Below are positions 51,432 through 63,911 of a DNA stretch of 64,000 bases, piece after piece. The stretch spans positions 7,688,001 to 7,752,000 of the forward strand of contig CM102283.1 of assembly GCA_046563655.1 (NCBI GenBank), read 5' to 3'. Below the pieces are notes generated by a model that saw nothing but the letters and a program-made list of their open reading frames with translations, searched no databases and was not told the origin of the DNA. Numbering within the stretch: the first letter of the stretch is position 1; the number at the start of each line of letters is the position of its first letter. Both the position numbers and the translations under genes were made by a program. This DNA is from Yuukianura sp. NJ FZ-2021. Taxonomy: Eukaryota.

Positions 51432-51504
51432 ACATTCAAGGTGACCTCTGACCTCTGAAAACTACCAAAAATGAAAAAAAAAATTAAGAATTTTGAAATC
51501 CGAT

Positions 51505-51553
51505 CCAAAGAGCTCGCCAGTCATTGGCATAAATGCATAGTGCCTTACCAAAG
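51505..51553 (+). promoter_or_regulatory. Two miR-9 seed-match sites in the sens-like 3' UTR
   Basis: CCAAAGA at 51505-51511 (7mer-A1) and ACCAAAG at 51547-51553 (7mer-m8), complementary to miR-9 5'-UCUUUGGU, within ~125 nt of the stop codon. Confidence 0.55.
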
Positions 51554-54500
51554 TTATATCCTAAGAAATTCATGTCAAAAAACAAGAAAACTCCTAAAAA
51601 ACAAAACTTTCTTCAACTTTTCAGAAAAGCATAATTTTACTTTCTCAAGTGTAAGTCACCCAATTTTTTCACTTGTGACTAAATTTGGCCTAATGTACAA
51701 ACTAACGTCGTCTAGCACGGAAAAAGTGGGAAATGAGTAGCAAAGGATGAGCCAAATTACTTCTAATTAAAATTAAGTTAAAATAGTAATTACTTCATAA
51801 ACACTGTTATTTAATACCTAAATACATAGTTCCATAGTCACTTTAGCCCCTCACTTTCACACTGCTGAGCAATGAGCATTATGCTACTAATTTATTATTC
51901 ACAAAAGTACCTTCTTTGCTTCAGAAAGCACTTTAAAGCCGTGCATATTGAACGGCGGCGCACAATTCAAAATTTTCAAAACTTCGAATATTATTAAGTA
52001 GCGAAAGCTTACTTTATTCTTAAAGGGTGACATTTGTAATTTTTGGGTTCTATACAATACTAAGCACATCGTCATAAAAACAAGTATTTAAGTGCACCAC
52101 CTCAACCATTTCCTGGAAAAATAATCTCTTTAATAGTTACTCCACAAATGAATCCAAAATAAAGAGAAATCGATTAATTCCTATTGATTCTCCCTGATTA
52201 ATTATTTAAGACAAGTGGAAGGAGGGGAAATTGATGGAAATCGTTTTGTCGCCCTGGTTTTTAGCCTTTTCCTCACCATCAAATCACGCACTTCAACCCA
52301 AAAACTCTATTTTTTCAAAGTTCATTTCCATTGAAAGAGAAAACAACCCAAAGTTACTAATGTCGCCAGTATAGAACTTTCTCTTATGTAAAAACCTAGG
52401 ATTGGGCTCCTTTGCAATAATAATGACCAACAACCATCCAGGTCCGATTTAAAGCCCGGGCAATACAATCAATTCCCCTACGCATTTATCATGCCCATCA
52501 ACTCAACTGAAAAACGTTGTTTTCAATATTACCCGGGAAAAGTAAAGGGAGGACGACGACATAACTACTGGGATTGAATTGGAAATGACAGGGGAAAAAA
52601 GTTGCACACGAGGCAAGGACAATGTTCTGTCGTGCCTTCTTCATTATTAATTCCACACTAAACCTCGGGAGGAATCAGAGGACAACTTTTCCAAATCAAA
52701 ACAAAATTCATAGTCCATTTTTAGCCTTTCTTTAATTTAGTCCTCGTGTTATTCATCAGCACCGACGTCAGGAAAAAAAATTGGGACAACATCAATAATT
52801 CCTGGTGATTGAGTCACGGCTGAACTGTCTGAAGTGGAATTAAAAAAATGATTGCTTTCACCTTTTCAAAAAAAATCTAACACTTGACACCAAAATTTTC
52901 GTTTTCTAAAAAGACGCTCCTGGTGTTGGAATCAATTTGGGAATTAAACTGTCGGCACATTTTTGGATTTAAAAAACAGGACATAAGCTAATAGTAGGGT
53001 TCGACATTCGGCAAGTGCCGTTTCGCTAGCCGAAATTGGAATTGCATTTTTGCATTAGACATTTAAATCAGGTTTACACTGGCCTCGTTTACAAACGGAG
53101 CAAGCAATCTGTAAATCCAGAAGGCAGTTAAATATTTTACAGAACCTAAAAATCCAGAACCTGCAATTTCGAACGTGGATGTAAAACAAATTAAAATCTC
53201 ATTGATTCATTTGGATTTAAAAAAAATCCATAGTGCATAAATAGGAAGAAAAAAGTTGTAGACAAAACAGAGTTTAGCTATCAAATGCTACGTCTATTCC
53301 GCTTACGTTAGTCTGCCGAAGCGACTATCAAATATAAGAATTCAGAAAAACTAGCTGTGTTTTAAAAATACAAGAGCGAACAATATTTTTTTTCAAAATT
53401 CGAAGATTTATGTTAGCAAACAAAAGTTAGCAATCCAATTGTCACAGACTGACAAGGACTTTAGCAAAAAGAGGAGACCTGTACAGATACAGAAATGTTA
53501 ACTGGAGTTTCTGGAGCAGTTGTACAAATGGAATATAAATTATAAAATTGGATCCGTGTCAATACCTTCATAAATCCATCCACAAATTAATAGGAACACT
53601 ATAATACGTACATGAAAACCTCCAAAATAATTTGAAAGATAGCAGCGTCAATTGATTACCGTTTTCACACACTTATTTCCCAAGAACTAACAATCAGTCT
53701 GTGGTGAAACTCAAGGTAATTTGAAAATTCATGTAAACTGTCAACCATAAATCTGTCAACCAACAACGGTGGAAGCCAAATTATCCTTCAATCCGCCAAA
53801 CTTACTTAGATTCGGCTCTGAATCGTATCCATGATCTGGATCCACTCGCTTGCGATGAAACATGAAAATGGGACAGCAAAAAAGCGTACGCAAAATTATG
53901 ATGACCGTTTCAAAATCGGAACGGATTTTGCATTTTTTCGTGGTCTAATTTTATCAGGACTTGTGCTACGCAACTCTTGCTCGAGCTTTGCAATTAATGA
54001 TGCTATTAAAGACTTTTCGGAATACTAAATGGGTATACGTCATGTGTATAAATAAAAATGACCATTAAAGTCAAGGTTAACTATAAAAATTATGACGGCA
54101 TGGCAAGCGAGGATTGCGGATCCAGCATAAAAAGCAATCCGTGCTAAATTACGCGAAATGCAAGAAAGCAGAGATACTTTAATCAAATCCTTACCTTAAC
54201 AGCTCTTCTAGATTAGTAGATTGCCAGGAATGTCAAAGTCAAGGTCAATAGCTGGTGACCGGGTCACAAGGTCACTGATTCATCCAAAGCAAATCACAAG
54301 TTCCTTCCAGGTCCAGCAGTGTCCAGTCCTCCAGGTGATTCTTTGTTCAGGCAGTAGAAAAAAACAAAACGAATTGTTGTCGACATCGTCTCCCTTCACC
54401 CCAATCGCCAGCTGCCTATGCGTTGTACAAAAACGTTTCTTCAACTGTGTATATTATGCCAGCTTAGTCAAAAATCGTTATAAAAACGTTATGTATCCAA

Positions 54501-55787
54501 AACATTCACAAAAATGCAAATTAGGTTTACATTGATTAATGAAGTACAGTTAAACTAAGTTAAGTTAACAATTAATAAATTGTAACACTGAAGGAGCACA
54601 ATAATGAAGGGTGGTGCGGTAGAGACGGAGGTGTCTCTTTTCCCAACCGACAAAATTCGAAATGGCGCGTTTGAAATTCAAATTGGGAATACGAAAGTGG
54701 CAAAACTACAAAACAGGGAAGCAAAACTTGGATTTATGACTTTTCGTTAAATCAATTGCCAATCAATTTTTTAATTAATAATATTTACAAATTAAAATGT
54801 AGATAAAAGTTAAAATGTTTTTTACATTACAAATAAAAGTGTACTAGTAATAAAAAGTACTAGCATGCTTATACCTCACTCCTTTCCCTTGATTGTTGAA
54901 TTTGACTCATTTTTCTGGGCAACTGGAGTTGTAATGTTTTGTAATTTGTACCTAATCTACGTTGCAAAACGTGGAAGTGCAAATTCAGTTTTGCAATTAA
55001 GTAATAACAGTTGCTAAAATTCTTGATAGGTGGAGCTACAGCTGAGCTTGTTATTTTTAACATGAACAGTTATGTTGATTGCTCCAAATTGATATCGATT
55101 TTACAGTTATGAATTGGAAGTTAATATCAAAATATACGTTTTTCATGTCGCAAAAATGCAATCGTTTCGGCTGCGACAGTTATGAATGAACTTTGAGACT
55201 TCGGAGCCCACAGCACAGACAGAATGCCAACATTACCGGACGGAGGGAACGTTAAGGTAAAAGAAATTTAAAAAAAAAATGCGGGAAGAGATAATTTTCG
55301 ACGGATTCGTGTTTTGTTTTTATTTTTCTCGCGGTTTTGTTTCTGATTCACTTCCTCTTGCTTGCCTGTTTTGTTTATCCCGTTAATTAAGGTAACTTTC
55401 CGGTCGCTACTTTATTGACGCGAGACGACACAAGAATAGCTGGAGCTGCGTAATTGTCTGTAGCATCAGCAGGTTTAATTCTACGGTAAGTGATTTGTTT
55501 TCTGAATTTAATTGTATCTGTATCGTAATTTCATACATGTGCTCAAAACGAACACGGCATGGCAGGGGCAGGGGGTAAGCTGCTGTTGAGGCCATGTTTT
55601 CCCGATTCAGTCCGTGGAAATGTACATCAAGGGCATCCGCTGGTCATCGTCAAGGAAATGCTGTCATTCGATTTTTCGATTTTAAACCACACATGATTCA
55701 GAATTCAGCCTCAACTCAAGTGGATTCGTGCTAATGACTTTCTTTTTTTTTCTAGGAATAACGGAAATTCCTGTTAGGACCCACTTA

Positions 55788-56531
55788 CAGACAAAAACGG
55801 ATGCCCGGTTTCCCATGTAGCCACCCCGGCTACTGGTCGGGGTCATTTTGACCCCGGTGAGGGGTGGAGGTCGTGGGGGAGTCGGGAACCCTAGTAAGGG
55901 GGGTGAAAAATCGAATTTGGGACACATATTTTAAAAAATTTCGGCGCCTTCGGCGCCGATATCTTCATTTGGGTGTTTCCTGACCGTCTTACCGGGGTCA
56001 AATTGACTTTCGTTCCCAAAAATTTCAAAATTTCTTGCGCCTTCGGCGCAACAGTTTGTTTTCAGGGGTCCTTGGGACCTCTGACCGGGGTCAAATTGAC
56101 TTTCCGGCCTCAAAATCTCAAAATTTCCTGCGCCTCCGGCGCAGCAAAATCGTTTCAGGGGTCTTTTGACCCACTAACCGGGCTCAAATTGACTTTCCAG
56201 GCTCAAAATCTCAAAATTTCCTGCGCCTCCGGCGCAGCAGAATCGTTTCAGGGGTCTTTTGACCCACTAACCGGGCTCAAATTGACGTTCCGGCATCAAA
56301 ATCCCAAATTTTCTTGCGCCTTCGGCGCAAATTTAGTTTTTACGGAGCTCCCATCTTGTCGATTGAGTTTTCAAGCTTAAAAAAACGAAGATTTCTTGCA
56401 CCTTGCATCTCTTGGGCCAATATAATTAACGATTTACGAAAACTAAAAAAAAAGAAAAAAAAAGTCTTGACCCCGGTCAGAACCCCCGTCCCCGGGACGC
56501 CGGGCAGCGCTGAGGCATCCGTTCATGTCTG
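55788..56531. mobile_element. Non-autonomous hAT-type DNA transposon (MITE-like), 744 bp
   Basis: 18-bp TIRs CAGACAAAAACGGATGCC (55788-55805) and GGCATCCGTTCATGTCTG (56514-56531), 2 mismatches. Perfect 8-bp target-site duplication CCCACTTA at 55780-55787 and 56532-56539. No transposase ORF. Confidence 0.92.
55930..56335. repeat. 93-bp internal tandem repeat (about 4.3 units) of the hAT element
   Basis: ACCGGG(G/C)TCAAATTGAC at 55991, 56084, 56177 and 56270. GCGCC-T(T/C)C-GGCGC mini-hairpin occurs five times at ~93-bp spacing. Confidence 0.92.
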
Positions 56532-58065
56532 CCCACTTAGTCAATCCAAATACGCACGCATTTATTTATCTGTAAACAGGCTGACTGATTTCTTCTGCCC
56601 ATACATCCAAGAGGTATACTACCTTAGAAGATTCGCCTTCTGACTCGAATGAAACACTTCTCTTTTCCTATGAAACCTTGATTGACGTCATTAGTAACAT
56701 GTCATTGTTTTTAGATCAACAATTTTTTGACATCATCACCAGCATCAGAGAATCAGGGCACTAAAGAAGGCCAGATCCAAAAACAAAAAGGTGTGCATCG
56801 TTGACCATACAACGCGATGATTTATGATTTAAGAATTGTAACATCTTTGATCTTTGTATTGCATTTAGATTCTTCTGACAATCTCACAAGTGCTTACTAG
56901 GGTGAACTATTTCGTCATTCGAGAGAGCTTGGCAAGTGAGACCCGTTAAACGTAAGACTTTTCGCTTTCATTTTGATTGCAATATTTCATAACTTTTAAA
57001 ACTCTTGGTCCACCAGACAGCTTAAGCTTAACAATCTCTGGGTTACATCGGTATGGACGGACAGGCGTTGCCCTAAAGTCAACTCGAGAATTCTTCCATT
57101 TATTCATTTTGACCACAATATTCCCGAGGCTTAAAAGCTCCCAATCTCCTCCGAGTGTTAACTGTATACGGGATTGAGGAATCCAGTTTAAACTACAATA
57201 TTAGTGGCAGAGGATACTCTGATATAAAGCATGCTTTAAGTTAACACTTGGAGGGAGGAGGATGCTGGTCGACCATGCGGTGAGGATGATTTAAGTGTGA
57301 AGTATTACAAAGCCTTTTGTACTTTCAGTATACCATAACTGGGAAAAAAGTCAATTTGTTCAAGGGGGTTGTCGTTTCCTGCTTGGAGAATCCATTGTGG
57401 CAACGTCGCACCACTGAGAATGCAAGTCAAAAATTCTTTTACAATGAAAAAGCTATTATAAATGAATATTTTAATTCGTATTTTAGTTCCTAGAGTCGCA
57501 CATTTTTAAAGTACGCTAAGTCTCGTGTTTTGGGATCTTACACGACGAAAAATTTGCATGCTAGCGCGACGTGAAACTTAAGTCCAAAGTGTTGGCGATA
57601 CGACACTGAATCCAAACGGAAAGGGCATGTTAGTGTCATAGGGATAAAACTTTTCCTTGCGTCTAACCCACTTGAAACTTTTCAACCCCAACCAACCCCC
57701 AACTTGCTTTCCACTCTACTATTCAGAAATGCTGGTCCTCAACTAACTAATACTAAACTTGTTTCTTTTTTCCATTTGTAGATCGGAGGATCATCATCAT
57801 CAGCACGTCCTCTCGTTTCGCTGTGCCTCTGTCCAGATTCCTCGTCCAATATTATATCCCCGATAATTCACCTCTAAACGTACAAATCTCTGCTTCAATT
57901 CAATCCAGAAGGCTGATACTCGCTACAACGGTGATTAGATTTGCGAAATCATCTAGGAGTGGACATTCCATTTTGTAAAAAGTGACACCCATACCGTTGG
58001 ATTAGTGTCTTCCGGACGATTTTTGTTATTGGACATTACCTGTAACTCCAGGAAAATCGGCCAAA

Positions 58066-59329
58066 ATGTTTGATGTTTTTGGCTCAGTGAAGTCGTTGCT
58101 GAAGCTCGACTCGGTTTGCATCGACAACAATGTGTTCAGGCTCCACTACAAAGCGACAGTTATCATCCTCGTCGCCTTTTCACTTTTGGTCACATCCAGA
58201 CAGTACATTGGTGACCCCATCGATTGCATCGTTGACCAGGCCATTGGTGGAGATATCATGGACACTTACTGCTGGATCCATTCAACTTACACTGTTCCAA
58301 CGCACTACGATTCACCAATTGGTAAGATTTTCAAAAATAATTCTCTCACAAAAAAAAGAGTTAAAATCAGTTCATTCATCAGCCTGTCCGGTTTTGTACA
58401 ATTTCGGATTTTATGAAATTTTTAGGAACCGTAGTACCACATCCCGGTGTGGCTCAATATGTAAGTGGCACGGATCAAGTAAAGTACCACAAATATTACC
58501 AGTGGGTGTGCTTCGTCCTGTTCTTCCAAGCCATGCTCTTCTACATCCCAAGATATCTTTGGAAGACATGGGAGGGCGGTCGAGTCAAAATGTTGGTCAT
58601 GGACCTCAACTGCCCCATTGTTGACGAAGACAACAAATGTGGCCGGAAAAAGCTCATCCTGGACTACTTCATCTCCAACATCAAAAATCACAACTTTTAC
58701 GCCTTCCGCTTCTTCTTTTGCGAATTCCTCAATTTCATCAACGTAATTGGGCAGATATTCTTTATGGACATGTTCCTGGGTTATGAGTTCACAACCTACG
58801 GAAGTCAAGTACTAGCATTCACGGAAGATGATCCCTACCAACGAAAAGATCCAATGTCCAAGGTGTTTCCAAAAGTTACCAAATGCACCTTCAACAAATA
58901 TGGTCCCTCTGGACAAATCATCAACTACGATGGACTCTGCGTTCTTCCGCTGAATATTGTCAATGAGAAGATCTACGTCTTTCTCTGGTAAGATTTTTTG
59001 CATGGAACTTTAAAATTCGGGATAAAAAATGCATCTAAAATCTTCTTCTTTTTTGAAACAGGTTTTGGTTCATCATTGTCTCGGCCATCTCTGGAGTTGC
59101 TCTCATCTACCGCCTCATCACGGTCTTTGCTCCACAAGTTCGGATGTATCTTCTACGTTCCAAGGCTCGACTCTCTGACCCTCATCAAGTTGACACGATT
59201 GCACAAAAATGCCAAATTGGAGATTGGTTCATTCTGTACCAACTCGGTAAAAACATTGACCCGCTGATATATCGAGAAATTATTAGCGACTTGGCAAGAA
59301 GGCTTGAAGGACGAGATCCCGTTGTCTAG
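58066..59329 (+). CDS. inx2: Innexin 2 (gap junction protein), 361 aa
   Basis: Exons 58066-58321, 58426-58987, 59062-59329 (1086 nt). Motifs [107 protein letters not shown]. Confidence 0.96.
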
Positions 59330-62300
59330 AAAATTCACATACCAATTATAAAAACGACTGCAGTTTCCATAAATTTCCAAGCAAAAAATCCATTTAACTA
59401 CTAAATTCCGTTTCCTCCAAGGAAAATCCATGAGACTACAAATTCACAGGGACCAAATTCAATCTAAATGGGATCAACTAATTGTCAATAATTATAAACA
59501 CTAGATACAATTTCACTATAAAAGTATAGCACTTATAAAAAATATTTTGCTAGAAAAGTTGTTCATTTTGTAAGAAATGGTTGAGAATTGTTCAAGTGAA
59601 TTGTTAATTACATTTTGTTAATTACAAATTACTGACCAAAGTCTCTTCCAGACCAAGTGCCTTATCGACATATCTCACAGAGGATGCAGCTAACTAACCA
59701 TCTACTTTTTTTTTAAACCCAGAAATGAAAATTAAGAAAAGCGGATTCTTAAAATGCAAAGTCCCTGTGTACAGTTAAATGCAAAAGTAACGAATAGGGA
59801 TATTTTCCATTTCTAAAAAGTAAATTTTGAATTTGAAAAAGTGGCGAGTTTAGAACAGAAAGTGTGTGATGCAATTTTAAGTGTTTGTTTCCAGTACTGC
59901 CTAAAAGCAGTTAGAAAAAAAAAGAAGGACATTGTTTCAATTGTTTTTGTATAAAAATGAATGGAAAGCCCTGCCTACTGTAAACTATGCTCTAGCCTTT
60001 ATTTTGGAAACTGGATTGTTAAGTCTACTTTTTAATTTAAGGTGTTAATTACTTAAAATATAATTATAATTGTAAATTTAAATAGTTAAGGAGGTCATCT
60101 CCAAACATCGTTATTAGCAGAATATCAATATTTTATGCTTCAGAGAGTTACTCATGTAATAAAAAAGTTACTCCAAAAAAGAGTTTTTTTTAAATATTTT
60201 TTGCATGCCTGATGCTTTTTTTAACGCTGAAAATCAAAGTTAACAAATTAGCTCAATTACATTTTGCTTGTTCACCTTTTCAAAATCTATGAAGTGTTTA
60301 CACAGTAAATTGCTGTTGCTGCTGCGCAAATTCAAAAAAAAATTGCAGAATTTTGTTGTACACGCGCAACAAGTGTTTTCACATGGGTGAATGACCTCTA
60401 GAGTTACACAATTTGCAGGCTCAATGCACTTTGGTACAAATTGATCACGCAATTTAATTCAATTATAACTGTACTACATAACATGACAAGGTCATTTTAA
60501 AAATATTTACATGCAATTTTGTACGTACACGCTGAAATTTGCTCTTTCAGGAAATCACAAGGCACGCTATTCAATATTTCAGAATTCTGACATTTCTTTT
60601 CCAATTTTGAGAAACTTGGAAACAATTTGTGCAGAAATTTCAGTTCCTTTTAATAATTTCAATTTTCTTGTACAATTTTTCCATTTTTTTTTCACTTCCA
60701 TCATGGTTTCAAGTGATATTTTTTTTTGCATTGAATCCCATGTAACCAGACATGTATATTACACAACCATGTATGATATCCAGAGTATCCAGTTGAGTTC
60801 TGGAGTGGAGACAAATTAATCGTTGCTCTGACCTAAATCTGTCTAGTTTCTATGTACTAACGGTATGTCGATTGTCAAGTATTAGACTATGAGTTCCACA
60901 TGTTCAACTTTACATTAACATTAGAAAAGCGACATGAGAAAATTCAACATGTATGTTCTCATGCCATCATCATCACACGCTTGATTCTATGAAGGCTGTA
61001 AAGCTTTGATCCAGTTTATCGCTAACTTTAACAATCGGTTTGTAACTACTCGTCTATTTTTTGAAAAAGTGTTAAAATTTGTTCTATTTACACTTTGATA
61101 ATTGTTGAGGACACTTTGAGTCCATTGTATTAGTATCCACTGCGAGGTCATCTTATCTGGTTCATTGGGTTCATTGGATTACAAAAGTTCACACTCTCAT
61201 AAAATTACTAATCAACACTTTCGTGCTAACTTAAATTGATTAACTCAAACAATTGAATCTAGACAAACAATTTTTGGAAATTTGGATGCACTGTGTTGCA
61301 ATGACGCACTACGCACTGCGCAAATTTGGCATTTTCAGAACCAAAATTGGGTACGCCAGGAACGTAAATTAATTTGGTATAAAGTTAACCAAGCGAGACG
61401 AACCGAGCTTCCTGGAATTATTACATCATAGTTGAAATCTAGAAGCGAAGTTGTGCTTTTGCAATTTTGATTAGCAAAAAACTAACAAAAAGAATTGCTA
61501 ATTTTGAAATTATGAAAATAATCTTCATTCGTCTTCATGCACAACCACGTTCATGCTTTGTTTAATTTCTCTCTGAACATTCACGATTCGATGTAAAAAT
61601 TGCACAATTGTAAGTTTCAATTTAAAAGTTGTAGAATTGAACTTTAAAAAAAATTCAATTTTGGGAAGCCGAACAAGACATAACTTCCAGACTTTGTAGA
61701 AAAAATTTTAACTTTAATTTTTAAAATCTGTTAGGCGGCGTCTCGTTTTTGAAAAATAAAATAAACATGGAACGTTAACTTCGAGTTCTGGTTAATTTTA
61801 GGTGATGATTAAGGCGTGAGAGAATTTCAATTAACTCAGAGTTAATTGAGCTTTTAAAAAAAATTATTTCAAGAAAATCCTTGAGGACATGAAACGAAAC
61901 TGCCGTTTTGTGTGTTCTGATTTCACAAGGAGTGGCAATATGCATAACATCCATCAATCCCCTTCTTCATGAATCATAATCTAAACAATTACTTTCCAAC
62001 ACTCCATCAAACGCGTGTGAACGTTTCAAAATGTTGAACTCTAATACGATTTTAAAACGGCTAATTTAAGACCACTGAAATCAAATTTAGTCTCCCGTGA
62101 CTTTTAGAATCAAGGCGTTTCAAGATTCACATTATTACACGAATCTGATGACGCAGAACATGAAATGAGTCAAATCATGTGACTCAATTTATTCTTAATT
62201 TTTTATAATTAACTCCACAAGTTTTAATTAACTTCTAGCTTTAATTTTTTTTTTAATTTTCCTAGAAATCTTCAACTGCGCAAGTCATGAATCAAAATCC

Positions 62301-63742
62301 AGAAAGTCCATGCGGTTTTTGTCAAGGTTGTGAAAACCGCCAAGTAGATTTATTTATGGAACGTCGCATCTCATACTTTGGAACGTCAAACTTTTTTTGT
62401 TTTGTTTAAAAAATCCGCTTGAGTCTAAAAATTTTCTCAAAAAGGCCGATATTTTTCTGACGCTGGAAAAATTTCTTAGGAAAATAAAGAAAAATGGAAA
62501 ATTTCTCCGAAAATTGAGATTTTTCACGATAAATCTTTTAGAAAATGTAATGAATCATACCGCATGCGTTTAAGCATGACACATGCAGAGGTCAAAGGTC
62601 AAATTTTGAGAACATGAGGATAAGCAAGTGACGCTATTTGGTACACTTAAGCCATACTCCAAAACAGGATTCATTCTGATGTATTCTCGTTTGTCACTTA
62701 AGTCTTAATGGACGAAGTAAACAATTGAATCTTTGTGATAACTTTTAGTACACTTTGTTCAAAGTACTAAAAGTGCTCATCCTGGTTAGCTAAAATAAAA
62801 TTTGGCTCAAAATAATCAACTTTTTGTTTAGTTAACAATTTATCTGAAAAAAATTGTTTTAGCACAAGCTTGTTTCATACCATTTTTGGTTGTAACTCAT
62901 CTAGAGTTGTTACTTTAACACAATTGGGAGGGAGTGGAACCCGTATTAGGCAATTTGTATTCGAATTGCTAAAAACATGTTTATCCACTACACACTTCTG
63001 CAAAATGAGACAAAGATTATAGCCTTCCTGCTGCTCTGTTTAGATTAAAAGAACTTCGTGTCTTTTGTTACTGCAATTTTGCAAATTTTGAAACTGATGA
63101 AATTTTGAAAGTGTTAATGGCATGTCAATGTTTGCCGAAATTGATTATTATACGGTAAATTTCCTGCTTACAAATTTGCAACTGATACAGTTTCAAAATT
63201 TAAAATTTGTCACGTTTCATCACAACGTTTTTGCTTTACGATTGATTCATGAAATGCGATTTTTGAACTTCGATTTTGAAAAGTTCATTCTTGAGATGAC
63301 ACATTTTTTGAGGATGACTGATGTAACTGGAATGTCGTCAACATCCGGGATTCGACACAAGATTTGTCATGCGCAGTAATTCCATTTTTTGTCACTGTCA
63401 TGCGCAGTACTCAGAAAAGGAAACACTGCCCTCTATGCTAACATATTTACCAAAGGTGTGAATTTTTTTCAATTTTGAATCTAATGCACTTTAAACATGT
63501 TCGGAAAGTGTGAAAATCCGGTTGGAGTGTAGAGAAATTTTAGCAAATGATTAGATATTTCCAATATCTAATCATTTGAGGACAAGCAAATGAACGAAAT
63601 AATGTTTGAACATGGTCCACCCTGGCAGAAGAACCAGAACCCAATTTTCATAGGAATTGGTCCTTATTGGTGGCTCAAAAAAATTTTGTATTGTTAAGTT
63701 TTTGAAAAGTTATAGTTTTTGAAAAAAAACAAATTTTCAAAA

Positions 63743-63911
63743 ATGACCACACCACTACTTACGGCCGACTTTATTAACGAAGCCAAAAAGAAATTTAAAT
63801 TTAACCAATTCAAAGTTGAAATTGAAAATCCAGCGTTTCACTGTTTTTCGAGAGTAACTTCGGCCATTTTGCTCGTCTGTTGTGGACTCGTCACTCTTCA
63901 GCAACTCATTG
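63743..63911 (+). CDS. First coding exon of a divergent innexin (continues beyond the window)
   Basis: MTTPLLTADFINEAKKKFKFNQFKVEIENPAFHCFSRVTSAILLVCCGLVTLQQLIG aligns by eye to the innexin N-terminal pattern IDN..F..(HY)..T..IL.....LVT..Q.IG. GT donor at 63912; lies in tandem after inx2. Confidence 0.75.

Noticed and set aside
55682-56643. ORFs overlapping the hAT element
   Set aside because: Translations of the 93-bp repeats with no transposase motifs.
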